A DNA stretch of 64,000 nt from Rhizophagus irregularis (GCF_026210795.1 NC_089433.1:1302001-1366000); one strand, 5' to 3'; shown: positions 25,426 to 39,520, numbered from the stretch's first letter. The notes: a model not told the origin generated them from the letters alone. Numbers and translations are program-made.

Positions 25426-26576
25426 TTATTTTTTCTTTTTTTTCCTTTTGTTGTTATTTTTGTTATTTACGACGTTATTATCAACATCATCATCGGCACC
25501 ATTGTTGTCTTGAATGATGCTTTCATCAGTATCATAATCATAAACCGGGATATTTTTGGTTAAACGGTTGAATTTTTCAAGTGCTTCTCTATTCAAACAC
25601 CAGCTTGGTGCGCCGGCAGGTGGCACACTAACTGTTTCTGTTTTGTCTAGAACTCTTTTACATTTTAAGTTTGGTGGTTTTTTCCTTAATAACTCTACCG
25701 TTGGATCAATACGATTATGTAATAAACGTTGAAGCTTAAATAAAGAAATTAAACTATAAATTAGTGTTTATACTTTGATAAAAAATAATAAAATATACAT
25801 ACAGCAGGAGATCTCCACCATCTTTCATAAATATATATCGAATTTTTTTTTGCGACTACTTCTTCTTCATCATTTTCATCATCTTCATCATCTTCGTCGG
25901 TTTCCTCCCATTCTTCGGAATGGTAGCCTGAATCTTTTAAAATTTGAACTAGATCCTTTTCAGGATATCGGCAAATGTACTTATCTTTGTTTTGTATTAG
26001 GTAATTGGCCGCGTTTGTTCTTCTTTTTTTTTCTAACAATGTTAATTATAAAGCACAATATAATTAATTTAAAAAAAAAACTAAATTTAATAGCTTCTGT
26101 TAATTAAATAATTTACATCCTGCATCCTTGAATTCTTCATTGCTCTTCTTTTGTTACGTTTTATTTGGGCTTCCCCCTTGCTTTCTAATATTACTAACGC
26201 GATGGCGAGATCGCCAACGTCCATATAACATCTTTAATAAATCACTATTTGAGACTTTATATTTTTTATTTACGAGTTTGTAAAGTGGTGGAAGCAACTT
26301 GGTGACTATGTTATCTTTTTGCTCAGCCCATGTGAGCTCATAGTTAATACTGTATACGTCTTTTAGCTCGGAGTCGCTCCAAATAAACACTTCTTTCTGT
26401 AAAATAATAGATAAATGTAAATAGGATAAAAGCAGAAATAATATATAAAATAATCAAATACTTGCTTTTATCGTGTTATAAGAACTTTTAGAAAAGGAAG
26501 AAGAAGAAGAGGAGGAGGAGGAGGAGGAGGAGGAGGAGGATGATTCATCACTAGATGATACATTATCACTATTCAT
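25426..26576 (-). pseudogene. Second CACTA ORF (TnpA-like accessory protein), divergent from the transposase, multi-exon
   Basis: ATG 26576 MNSDNVSSSDESSS...; exons include RWRSRHR, SGYHSEEWEETD, YERWWRS and PPAGAPSW; GT-AG introns; stop/frameshift near 26154. Confidence 0.6.
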
Positions 26577-26972
26577 TGTTACGAAGTATAAAATCTTTTT
26601 GTTATTTTGTAAAATAAAAAAATCCCGTATAAAGTAGAGATTTCAGAACGCGAGAAAAGTTGTTTGTGTGCAAATTTATAATGATTTCAGAGATTTCAGG
26701 ATGCAGATCAAGGGACTCAGAGGTAGCAACGCGTTTGCGCAATTCTCACCAGGTAAAAGTAACGCGCTCATAAAATTCTTGTGCAATTCTTATGTATGAT
26801 AAGAATTATTAAAAGCTCGTTTCTGAACGTCTTGATTACTAACTATTAAAAGTGATAGAATAAAAAATATATTTTATACATTTTAATAAAAATGAATAAT
26901 AAAAAATGTAACTCTGTATCTGGATTAATAAAGAGTAATAAAAAACGTAAAGTTGAAACCTCTGAAACCTTT

Positions 26973-29900
26973 GTGGCTGATTTAATAAAGTCCCAAAAAA
27001 AAGTATTTGTATATTTGCAATTGTGCTCGTTGCAAAGGTGCAGAAGTTGATTCTCGCACTCAAGAGAAACATACGTATGATGATAGTTTGTGGGAATCGA
27101 GATCAAAAGATTCTAGAAAAAATCAGGAAAATACCATCACTGATAAGAAAGAAAAAAACATCATCTGTTAATAATACATATATAAATACGAAATAAAATT
27201 GAATATATCAAAAAAGCGAGAAAGAAATAATTACTCCGGTACATCTAGTCCAGATCGGGAGGACTCTTATATAGGTCCATTCTTTCCAATATATTGAAGA
27301 AAATATAACATTATTTTCATGAAAACCTTAAATGTTTTCGTATTCAGACCTTTACAATTGATGAAAATAATGATGAAATCAATTATTTTGGTGAGAATTA
27401 TAATGTAGATAATATAAATGAGGGGAAGAGAATGATGATGTAAATAATATGGATGAGGAAGAGAATGATGATGTGGATGAGGGAGAGGAGAATGATGATA
27501 AATAATATGGATGAGAGAGAATGATGATGTGAATGAAGGAGAGGAGAATGATGATGTAGATAATATGGATGAGGAAGAGAATGATGATGTGGATGAAGGA
27601 GAGGAGAATGATGATGTAGAAGATTTTTTCGCATCTCCTAAGATTGACAATGACAATGAAGAAGCATTTATAGTGGAAAGCTTAAGTGATTCTATTAATA
27701 CTGAGATTATAATACGGCTATTTAAATTTCAACAAAGATTTCGATTGCCTGATATTGCACTTGAATCCTTAATAAAATTTTTTCATATAATTCTTATGCG
27801 CTTTGATAAGTTGCAATTTGAAAATTTTCCTACCTCATTATATATGGCAAAAATATGGTTAAACATTTTTCAACCGAAAATGCAATTAGCTGTATGTACC
27901 GATTGCCATAAATTGCATAATGTTAAAGATATTATTGCATATAAGGAAGAAGGAAAAGTTGCTATAATGAATTGCCCGTATAAAGAAAGTATCCAAATAA
28001 TCCAATATCAAGTCGTAATCACCAATGCAATAATCCACTTTCCATTCTCAAAAAAATAAAGATGCAACAATTCAATTGCTGTACTCGCATGGCGGTTTAT
28101 CCTAAGCCAAACATTCGTCAGCAATTGAGCATTTTATATCAACGACCAGATTTTGAGAACATGTTAAAATTATCAGGACTCAAAGAACGAAAATAATATC
28201 TATTCAGATATTTACGATGGTAAGGTATGGAAAAATTTTCCATTTGATGGTAGTACCTTTTTACAACGAGACTGCCACAACCCATCTAGGTCTTCTCCTT
28301 AATCTTGATTGGTTCCAACCATTCTCCTACACGCAGCATGTGCATTCGCGCGTTTACGTGCTACTATTTGCAATCTTCCAAGTCAGAAAGGAATAAGCCC
28401 GAAAATATTATATATTTGGGCTTAAATTGCTTTACCAGTTACCAAAAGAGCAAAAAGGGGTTTGGAACGCATTAATCATTATCTAAATCTCCTATTGCGA
28501 TGAGTTATTAGAACTTTGGAAGTGGAAAGTACCAAAAACTCACCAATTTTCCAATGGTTTAGAAATAAAAGTTGCGTTAATTGTTGGATCATCTGATACT
28601 CCAGCTACACGAAAGTTATTTGGTCATGGATCTGCAGTAATGAAATGCTATAGGTGCGATAAACGTACCACTTATAGCGAGGAATTTAGAAAAACTCATT
28701 ACGGAGGAATGCAAGACTATAATGAATGGGTAACAAAGCCTGCAGATCTTTTATTACATGTAGACAATATGCTTCACCGTTGCAATGGTTGCAATCTAAC
28801 TCAAAGTCCTCCAGTAGAAGCACATTTTAAAGTACATCGTATAAGATGACTTGAAGTGCTTCGCCTACCATACATGGATCCTATACGATTTGCTGTAGTG
28901 GATCCTACGCATTGTCTTTTTCTCGGCGTTGCAAAATGGATAATCAAATCCATTTTTGTAAACCAAAAAAATTAACTATTTTCGAACAACTTCGCGTAGC
29001 ACAAAACAGAATGATAATATTGATTTACCTTCTGACATTGGTAGAATTCCTCCAAAGATTGCAATCGGAAATGATGGGTTTTAACTTAACTGCTGATCAA
29101 TGGAAGACCTTTATTATGATTTATTCTACATCTATATTATGGGATATCTTAGATGATAATGATAGAAAGATCTTAGGGCATTTTGTTCGAGCTTGTAATC
29201 TTTTAGTAGCAAGATTTATTACAGATGATGATTTGAAGGAGGCGCGAGAGGTTAAAAGATATGGCCTACCTTATAGAATATACATATGGACCAGAATTTA
29301 TAACAAGCAATATACATCTCGCACTTCATATCCCCGATTGCTGTCGTGATTACGGTCCTATATATAGTTTTTGGCTTTTCCCGTTTGAAAGAACTTAATG
29401 GATATATAGGTAAATTTACTTCTAGTGTTCTTTCAATTGTCTTTAGTACCTTTATTAAAAAAATTCCTGTTATTTAGGATCATATCCTAATAGTAACCGA
29501 CAAATAGAACCCGAATTAATGAAAATTGTTCTTAAAAACACTTTGGTGGATTATCACTTATCATGTAAATGGACATCTGGCCTTCTAGATGAATCTCTCC
29601 ATCTTCTTGTACCAAAAAAAGCTGTAGGAAGTTTAGCAATCACAGCAGAAAGGGAGGAACTGCAGCATTTTCTATTCAGCGAGCATAATACGTCTATGGT
29701 TTCCAAAATATATGGCACTGAACCACTACCTTCGGCCAAATGCTTAACCCATCATATATCAATGTCGTTATGCCTTTGGAGTTGCGAGGATTTCTATGTG
29801 AATGGTATGCAATATTATATGAAAAGGAAAAAGAAGATGTGTTAGGATTTATGGATTTGCATATGAATCAGCATGCAAGACTACAAATTGGCGCCGAAAT

Positions 29901-30297
29901 ATTTGGATCTATGATTTCTGGTCGCCATGAAAAAAATGCGAATATATTTGCAAAATGGAAAGCAGCTAATGATGATTCAGTTGACACTTATCCGGGTGAA
30001 GTCCAATATTATTTCGAGCACGCGCTTAGATTTCCAGAAGGAACGAAAACTCACCTCCTAGCATATGTCAAGTGGTATAAACCTGCACCTTCTTTTAGTA
30101 TTCGGTTTAAACATAGTTTTATGGAGCCAGAAATATCAAATACCGAATTATGGAAAGCTGAATACTTTCAAGAAGGTTGTGATTCCCTGTTAGCGGTTCA
30201 TAGGATATTATGTCGAGCTACAAAATTTAGAAATATTACGGTAGGAAAACAAAAATATTTGTCGATTATACCTTTGAATAGAAGATTTAACTTGTAG
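26973..30297 (+). pseudogene. CACTA/En-Spm tnp2-type (Transposase_21) transposase, frameshifted
   Basis: N-terminal CNCARC...H; acidic repeats; SDIYDGKVWK, LNLDWFQPF, ICNLP, SSDTPATRKLFGH, LPYMDPIRFAVVDP, TADQWK, NIHLALHIPDCCRDYGPIYSFWLFPFER; C-terminal PGEVQYYFEH..HLLAYVKWY; an intron near 29410-29478; many indels. The start is approximate. Confidence 0.9.
27415..27625 (+). repeat. Coding minisatellite (GATGA(A/G)GGAGAGGAGAATGATGATGT units) in the transposase acidic linker
   Basis: About eight 24-30 bp units encoding DEGEENDDV / DNMDEEENDDV. Confidence 0.85.
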
Positions 30298-31016
30298 TAC
30301 GCTACACCACCAAATAAAGAAAATGATGACACATTTGATTTCCATTTCAAGCTTAGTGATAATCGTGTATAATATAAGCAAGAAGATAGTATGTCTCGTG
30401 ACTTTCATCAAATGAAAAATTATTAATCGCGTATTACATAAGCATAATTTTTGCTCAACGAATTCGTTTAACGCGCTCAACATTAATTCAACTTTTGAAA
30501 ATTAACATTAAATCAATCCAAGATGTAAAATTAATAAAATTAATTAATTTTTTTTCGCATTAGTAAGTCGTAATAAATAAATGTTAATTTTTACGTAAGA
30601 ATAATACCGGACCTAATTTACAAAATTTTTAATCACTTTTAATGGCTAATTTTTTTTTTTTGTACGATGGAAAACAATGGAAGATCGACATTTTAATCAC
30701 TTTTAATGGACAAGCAGATCGGAGTTTTACGAATTCTCTGTTTTGTGAATTTTATGATATAATATCATTAATCAACAAAATCATTTTGAAATGGTGTTAC
30801 ATTAAAAATTGTACTAATAATTAAAAAATGAAATGATGTAATATCATGATAATTGAATGGCATAATTAGAATTGTTACAAGAACTTTCTCGCATTTTTTT
30901 GATAATCAATACTAATTAATAATCAATACATATTTTTTTTTATAATCAATACATATTTTTTTTTATCAAATATGTTTCCAAATATTCTAAACAATTTTTT
31001 AACAAAATTTCAAACA

Positions 31017-31880
31017 ATGTCCTCATCTTCAACTGATTCAACCACCGTCAATGATACCAATACCATCAATGTCAATACTACCTCCATTTTCGACACTATA
31101 ACTTATTCTTCCGGCCGGGTGGAGTGGTCGGATGACCAAATCGCAGTTTTGATTGAGCAGCGGAGATCAAGAAACTTCGAGTACCATTATCAAATTGCAG
31201 GAAGAAGTAGAAAAAGATTCTGGAATTCCGTTGCGAATAAAGTAAATGAGAGGTGTGGAAGCAATTATTCGGGCAAACAGTGCCAAACAAAATTCAATGG
31301 ATTAGTGACCAGTTATCACGTGAGTTAAATATTAATAAAAATTTGTTGTAATAGTAATTTTAATACTTATTTAACACTTAATACTTTAGGATCAATTATT
31401 AGTGATTGCAAACGATCCGAGAGGGCAAGAAGCTGCATTGGTGCCATTTATTTTGAAGTCATGAATACACGGTTTTGGGAAAAACCAGGTAAGAACTTTT
31501 AAATCTAACAACATTACATAATCAACAAAATGATTATATTAAAGAGGTAAATTGTTTTATTTAATATGATTTAATATGTTTCTAGACGATCAGTTTGTAC
31601 AGGCTTCAATTGGTGTTAATAAAACTCAACACAGACGAAACAATAGAAGGAATGGTATGTAAAGTATAAAAGTTTAATCAAATTATAAATTTTTATTGAT
31701 TTTCTTAATATTTTATAGCACGTGGGAGCCGGAATACTCAAAATACGAATACGAATACTCAAAATACAGAAGATCGAAATGGTAAGTACAAAATTTATTA
31801 ATTTTTTTTTCTTTTTTAGTCGTAAATACAAAATTTATTAATTTCTTTTCCTTTTTTAGTCGATGATGATAATAATGAAT
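31017..31880 (+). CDS. Myb/SANT-like (trihelix) DNA-binding protein inside the CACTA element, several short exons
   Basis: WSDDQIAVLIEQR...FWNSVANKVN...SGKQCQTKFNGL; donor GTGAGT at 31320 and further GT-AG introns; 3' end approximate. Confidence 0.75.
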
Positions 31881-34619
31881 GAGTTTTTATTTTCTATCAT
31901 TTTTTCACAATTGTTTATTATCATTTATTATCATTATCATTTTATTATCATTTGTTAGCTTTTTGTTATACACCATTGATTATAATATCACTAATACACA
32001 CACCACCCGATCAACCCTCAATCTATCATATCACTTATTATTGTTCACAATCGTTTATTATCGTTTATGAAAGTGGCGAGGAAAAGTTAAGGGAGGGTAT
32101 TACCAAATAAAAAAGTCTTCAAATAATGCTAAACTTAATGCGGAATATTTTTAAAATGTATAATTATTAATAATTTGAGCTCTATTAGCAACTGTAACTT
32201 TGATAAGAATTACAAGCAAAAAATATTTGTGGTAATTCTAAAATTTTGAATATCTTGTATTTTGGTACTTACGTCCCATTCAAATGTTAATACATTAGCT
32301 TTAATAGGTACGCACCATTCCGGAGCTTCAAAATCTTCCCAACAAATCTCTGTAATTATATAAAATTAGTATGATTTGATGCAAGAATCAAATAATACTT
32401 AATAATTGATACATGACTATCATCAAAATTTTCAGCGCCGCTAAAAATTAAAGCCTTTTCTATAAGATCCTTAAATGATATCCAATGCTCTTAAAAATTG
32501 TTTTCGTTATGCTAATTAATTTATTGGTCCCTTTCAATTACTGATCATCTGGCAGACTGCCATACACCAATTTTTTTGTTCGTTCGTCCAGATCGCTAAA
32601 AAAAAGAAAAGGGAACGTTAATTACGTTCCCTGAAGTAAAAACCTAAAAAGAACGAAACATACCTTTGTTTCGTTCAAGTTCCTGGGTGTTCGGCTTGTT
32701 CGTTCAGTCCAAGGATTCACGTAAAAGAAAAGGGAACGTTAATTACGTTCCTGGAAGTAAAAACAAAGAAAAAGAACGAACTTTATTTTGGTTCGTTCGT
32801 TTAAGAAAGCCTGGTCGTTCAAATTACCAATCCAAAAAGCCGATATCTACAAAAAAAAAGAAGTAAAAAAGAAAAAAGTTAAAAAAGATTATCATTTGGC
32901 ACACAAACCATAATTGACTAGTCCGATCAGCCGATTCTTCGTTACCGTTGGTCAATAGTGTGACGATTCATGACCAATATTAACAATATTCTTCAACCGG
33001 TATTATTGATAATATTTTTACAAAAAAATATCAAAATGATATTATTGTATAAATATATATATATTATTAAGATATAAAAATTTCTTATAAAAAACCTATT
33101 TCTCCTATAGAGAAACAAACCATTTGGTTAAATATTAAGCCGAGTATTTAGTAAGTTTTTTTTTTAATTATATTTAAAAAAAAAGAAATTATCTTTAATA
33201 TTTTGTGTATATTTCTTATTTGGTTTTTTTTATTATTTGAAATTTTTCTCATATAATATCTATTATTTTACTGTCTACTCCAATTTTACCAACAAATCTA
33301 AGTAGTGTTGATATCTTCCAATGTTTTACATGTAAAGGTTTAAATTAGCGTAATACAATAATACGTATATATAATATTTTTTGTAAAGATTTGTATAAAC
33401 TCCCAAAAATGTTTATAAATGAATTCAAAAAAATATTGGTTTTTTTTCAAATTCATCACTTCACCAAAACCAGATCAAAAGCTGTTGCTGTAACTTGTAC
33501 AGAAAGCCAGTTTTTTGCCACATTTGGCAGTAGCTGTGAATGAGTACTGGCCAAAAATATTATTATGAATTTAGAACAAGATTTTGGAAGAGGCCAGGTA
33601 ATTATATTATAATAAAATTTTATAATTAATATTACATTCTATTTTACGTTCGCATTTTAAATTTGATAAATTTGATCAATTTTAGTTACGCGTGACAATC
33701 GTAGGAGAAGGAGAAACTTACCTACGTATCGTAGAAGAAGATAATTATTTTTATTTTTTTATTTATTAAGTGAATAGCTAGGCCCAGTCCGTACCAAATA
33801 TCGGCTGGAGACTTACGTTTTTTTGGGCTGTAACTGATACTGACGTTCATGCCGTACAGCCTGGATACTATTTTATAGTAAAATAGTAGCGAACAAGTAT
33901 CAAATGTGTATTTTTTATTAAGTTATAATAAAAATTAGAATTTACTTTAATTTTTAACATAAAAATTGTAAATAATAAAAAAATCTGCTTTCCCAAACTT
34001 AAAAGAAAAGGTGTTAATATTATTTTTGATTATTCAATAGTATCGCATGCCCTTGTATACGTTCTACTGCATACGCAGCTTTAACGATCAAATAGTAATA
34101 ATATTACGCAGGTTTACAGTCTCGTAAATTTTCAAAATATTTTAACCGTAATATTACGCAGGTTTACAGTTTCGTCACTAAAATCACATGACATTTATGC
34201 ATGTATATTAATAACCAATTAAAATCGCTTTGATTACATGTGATATCTAAAATTAATGCGCGATTTTTTTTGTTTATTTTCAAAAATACACTTTTCTCTT
34301 CTTACTTATCTTTTATTAACGCTTTACGGTTCGTCTCTTCTTTTCTCTTTTATCCAAGTATACTTTACTTATCTTTTACAATATTAACAATACTTTGGCA
34401 CTTTAGTTTATATATTTAATATAGTAAGACATACTCATCTACTATATACAAAAGAAAAGAATAAAAAAAGGAAAAAATGTACCCCTACCCACATACAAAA
34501 AAGAGAAAATTCTCTTTTAAATAAATAGTGGAACTGTTAAGCAAGGTATGAAAATAGGATATACGCGTATTTTTCATATTTTTCTTTACAATAGTGGTTT
34601 GAGTCTTTCTTTGTGGTAT

Positions 34620-34782
34620 AAGTGTGAATATATTTTTCAACGGCCGTGTATCTATTGCTTGTTAAATATATTTGCAATTTCTTGTCTTTCTTTGTTAGAC
34701 TGTGGTATTACAATATGAAGTGTGAATATATTTTTCAACGGCCAGTGTATCTATTGCTTGTTAAATATATTTGCAATTTCTT
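34620..34782. repeat. ~63-bp direct duplication
   Basis: AAGTGTGAATATATTTTTCAACGGCC(A)GTGTATCTATTGCTTGTTAAATATATTTGCAATTTCTT at ~34620 and ~34718. Confidence 0.85.
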
Positions 34783-35017
34783 TTGTAATATTTGCTTTAG
34801 CCTGGAGGAAAATGTTATGAAATAGGGCTGGATATTTTATGACATTTTCTGCCTTCCAATTACTTTGTCCGGGGGTAGCCTGACAATTTGTCGTTGTCCG
34901 TCAGTTGTAGCAACCAGCATTTTTTTACGATTTTAAGAAACAAAACTTTTTCAAAAATTTAATAAAGAAAGAACTAACTTAAAAATATTATTTTATTATT
35001 CTTTACAAAACGCTGCG

Positions 35018-35805
35018 ATGGAAAGATTTTTTTCTCTCACTTATCAAATCCCAACACGTCCAAAGACTAATCACGTAGTACGCGCTGTCTGGAACCACCT
35101 GAGATTTTTGACTACCTAGGGATGAAGTTGTAGGGTACTTGTACCCGATAGGCTAGCCTCCTCTGACTTAGGTCTCATTAATCGGGAGATGGGGTGGTTC
35201 CTAAGTACCTTCCACATCAAGGGCGGACATTTTTTGATACTGTGCGTCAAGGTGGTAATCCTATATCTGCGAATTCAAGAAAAAAAACTCTAAATCAAAA
35301 GAATTTGGAAGCAACACATATCAAGGTAATCTAAGCATTTTTTTTAAAAAAATTTAATCAAAAATTAATTTGGTTTATATATAGTAAACTCAAGAAAAAG
35401 AAGATCTAATCATATATCTTCAGAAGAATATGAGAGTAACGCACATCAAGGTAATTTAAATATTTATTTTTTTTATTTATTAAAGAAAAATAATTAACAA
35501 AATCTATTTTCTCTTTAAACAGCAAACTTCAAAAAAAGAGGTGAAATAAATACAAAGGTATATTTTTTTACTAATTTTTATTTATATTTTCTTTTTTTCT
35601 AACCTACTAACGTTTGTTTTTACTAATATATTTTACTACTAAACATACTAATAACATTTTCTATTACTAACCATTTTTTACTAACATTTTTTTAATACTA
35701 TTCTTTTTCTTTTACGAATACATTATTCATACTAATATCTTTATTACTAAAATACTATTTCTTTCTTTTAAATATTAAACAGATAAAAATAAGCGCCATT
35801 TGTAG
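35018..35805 (+). pseudogene. Small basic multi-exon cargo gene interrupted near codon 5 by a retroposon-like insert
   Basis: Removing 35033-35228 and one TSD copy restores MERFFDTVRQGGNPISANSRKK; three short GT-AG introns follow, with repeated NSRK-type exons. Confidence 0.5.
35033..35228 (-). mobile_element. ~195-bp GC-rich structured SINE-like insert
   Basis: Sharp GC rise; flanked by ATTTTTT on both sides; A-run at the minus-strand 3' end; nested complementary segments GGAACCACC/GGTGGTTCC, TGAGA/TCTCA, ATGTCCG/TGGACGT. Confidence 0.65.
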
Positions 35806-38800
35806 ATAACAGATATCTAATTATTTATATAGCTATATAGAATAATATATTTTTTTGTAATCTTTTTTATTATTAATTAAAAAACAATAAAACTTTTAAT
35901 TTAATTGAAAATAAGAATAAAATTTGTGTAATAAAATTTTACTTTAGCCCGAATTAAAATTAAAAATTAATCTGAAATTATAATTTTGCCCAGATTAAAT
36001 TATAATATTATATGAAAAAATTATCTATCGTATTGTCAGATAAATGTACGATATGTATCCTATATTTACCCGATATCTATATAACATGTGTCCGATATTA
36101 TACTGACCAATATCTATATGATATTTATACGACATGTATAAGATATGTGCCCGATATTATACTACCCGATATATGTGTAATATGTGCACGATATCTATAA
36201 TATATATCACCGAACTTCTGCATAAACATTACGGATATCGGGCCCGATATGTGTGTAATTGTTGCATATCGTATACATATCATATACATATCCTACATAT
36301 ATCTGGTACCCGATATGCAACCGATAGCCTCGATTTTGACCTGTGGTTGTTATATGTTGTTGTATGTTGTTCGTTGATTATGTTGTTTGATTATGTCGTT
36401 GATTATTTGCTTGGTCGTTTAATTGTTCGTTCGTTCGTTTATTCGTTCGTTCAACCATGGGAATGCCCGTTCGATGTGGCAACTCTGTAAATTGATGACA
36501 GAGGGAATTGGGGGATCTCAGCATAATTGAATATTTCTCATACAAAGGTTGATGTATGTTCCAAAAAAAATGACAGTAAACCAATTTTTATATTAGTTTT
36601 TAATTAAAGAGACATCTATATTTTCATATAAATTTACTAGTATTCACATTACCATTTGTATCTACTTCTGATTATAGGGCTTGTTAATATCATAAGTAAT
36701 TCTATTTTGTAAATACGATGTCAACACAAAATTATAAAACTTATTTAATATTTTCTTTCCATATCTTATTAGCTCCTTTTTGATTTCACAATAAAACAGC
36801 TGGAATTCTAATTTGATTCTCAATTAATTCATTTCATTTTGTTTCAGTGAACAATGTCTTGATATTTTCGTTATCATAATTTATAATATAGAAATAAGTA
36901 TAACTAATAACATATATCAGAATCAAAATAATAAGATAAAAAAAAAGAAATTAAGTTTTGAGAAAACTTACTTTTTATACTCTATATCTTTAGTAAAATT
37001 GAAAAAAATATCTTCAATTATCTTTCCTAACTTCAAATACATTTTTGTATTATTTAAAATAATGAAAATGTAATCCAAGTTGTTTGACCAATCTAACCTG
37101 ATATTTTTTTTGTGATCTAAAAATATTCATACAATCTACTAAACTGATACCAATCAGTTGATAATAAAAAAGTAGTTTAATTAATTTACTATTAATAAAA
37201 AATTTTAATAATAATAGTTTTTTACCTAAATATTGAATAAATAGATATTTGTAATACAGTTATATATATATATATAAAGCCAATTTGTATATTTTAGGAG
37301 GATCTTTATCTTCTTATTTCATCTGTTTTATAATCTAATTAAATAACATAAGTAAACTGTATGATATGTAAAATAAAATAATAAGAATTCTGTTATTAGT
37401 ATACTTTAACTAATTTATTACTGTTATTCTCAAACTTTTCAAACTTAATAACATCAGATAAAGTAATTTTACTTTTGCAATAAAGACAAAATCTCATTGA
37501 TTCAAAGATATTAGATATTAATCTAAAAAATCAAAAAAAAGGTAAATGTATATTATTATTTATTATTTTAATGCATTTATCTCCATATGATATTTGAAAT
37601 AATTTAAATCAGAAAATAGGTTGAACAGTTGTTATTTAGAAGAACTCTAAAAAAATCATTATTTTCATTATTTGAATTCTACAGAAATGTAAAATCAATA
37701 ATATTGAATATATTATGAACTTGATTGATTTTTTAAAGAATTACTTTTATTATAACTAAATGTATTTTCACAGTTTCTTCAGCTATATTCTCCATCATAT
37801 TTTGCATCTTTTTACTTATATTAATATGACATCATTTTTATATAAGAAAGCTATTTAATAAAAACTTAAAAAATTTCAGTTTTTCAGCAAAAAAATTGCT
37901 TACTATTTACAAAATTTTCTTATACTTTAGATATATAAGCTTGATTTCATTCCAGAAAATGTTGACTTTCTTATTATGCTGTTGATAATTTTAGAAAAAA
38001 GAAAATGAAAACATTAAAAATTTGTAATGATGGAGATGTTGTATGATGCCAATAAAAGAATATCTAATTTGAACTATAGCATTCATGTAGAATATTAAAG
38101 GAATGGTATATAGAATATCCTCATAGCTGTGAGAGTCAAAAGGACTTCTAAAGTTCCCATATATTATCACATTTATGTAGAATATTAGAAAAATGGTATA
38201 TAGAACATTCTCATAGTTGTGGAACAAGCAACTTGGCAAAAACCTCATACTGCTTCAAAAAAGAGAAATAAATTAACCTTAAACTGAATACTTTTAACAA
38301 CTGTTAGGCCTTTAGTATTTTTTGGTGAAATTCAAGATTTTTTCAAGTAAAAAATGATTCCTTTCTAAAAGAAAAGGTGAAGTTGTTTTCATTATGGTAG
38401 TGCTTATAGTAATCAAAGTCATGGTAAATTAAAGGCCATGGAGAAGTTTTAATCATATAAGTTATAAAAAGGATGTGTTGTATAGAAGAATGTTATATAA
38501 ACGTAGATAAAATATAAACCTTTAGTTCCAAAACCCTTAGTTCCAAAAGTTTTAGCTCCTAGACCTTTAGCTCCAAGATTAACATTAAAAAATACATCCA
38601 ATACTCAACAAGGAAACTTCAATTTCTTATTTGACACCTAAACTAAATACTCAAGCTTTACCAAAGTTAATGAAGTGAGACCTAATAATTCTGAATCATA
38701 TTCTTTAATAATAGCAGACCGATTTGTTCAAATGAGAAATAATGTGCGGAACCTACCACTTTATCAAACAATTATTATTTGTTTCACGATACAAATGATA

Positions 38801-38980
38801 ATTTTCAAGAAAATGATGATTCTTTTCAACATAATTTTAATGATAATGCATTTAATACTGAACTTGATAATTCTGGAAACCAGGATCATAATGCTAAAGA
38901 AAATGTGTTGTGTTAAATTTCAAATTTTGTTAAGAATCTAATTTATTTAGCATTAATATTCATTTCTTTATTAAATTTAG

Positions 38981-39520
38981 AATTTAGAAGAAATGAAAAA
39001 TTCAAAGAAGCGGAAAGCTTCTGATAATAAGTCTCAAGCATGGAGTGATGAAGTAACATGCAAACTATTGGATTTTTTGGAAGATAATTTTAGTAAATAT
39101 CAAAAAGGTAAAATCTGAATTTTACGCCATGGTTTCCAAAAATATTATCAAAACAAAAAGTGCAGAAAGCATTAAAGGGCGATTAAGTAGATTGTTAGAG
39201 AAGTACAGTAAAGTAAAAAGACAAAATAATCAAAGTGGATCGGAAAGAGTGGACTGGAAATGGATGGAAAAAATGGATAGAATTTTTGGCTGCCGTGAAA
39301 ATGTCTCCCCTTCACACATTTCAAATGAAACAACGGAATATATTAATGATGAGGTTAATGAACAAGAAGAGGTTCCAAATCCTGAAAAAGATGATAAAAA
39401 GGTAGTAAAAAGAAAAAAGAATAACGTTGAATCTTTAAATTGATGTAATTGATGTTATGAGTAATATTAGCGAAAAAAAAGCTAAATTTCTGAACAAAGA
39501 TTAGAATTAGAACGAACTAT
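38981..39520 (+). pseudogene. Myb/SANT-like protein of the PIF/Harbinger-associated type, frameshifted and truncated
   Basis: AWSDEVTCKLLDFLEDNF / FYAMVSKNIIKTKSAESIKGRLSRLLEKYSKVK..QSGSERVDWKWMEKMDRIFG; frameshift near 39115; no partner transposase recognised. Confidence 0.65.

Larger units (their letters stand above)
23137..36345 (+). mobile_element. Full-length CACTA/CMC-EnSpm transposon (13,209 bp) with cargo genes
   Basis: TIR CACAGGTCAAAA (23137-23148) / TTTTGACCTGTG (36334-36345); 3-bp TSD GTT on both sides; subterminal ATATCGGG repeats (23161-23380) inverted as CCCGATAT (36040-36320); internal tnp2-type transposase. Confidence 0.9.

Noticed and set aside
35150..35180. GCCTCCTC resembling the HDV ribozyme P3/L3
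   Set aside because: The complementary P3 strand and the P1/P2 pseudoknot partners are missing.
36600..38300. Decayed minus-strand gene-like sequence, and similar at ~21500-22650 and ~48050-50100
   Set aside because: Too degenerate to assign a product or boundaries.
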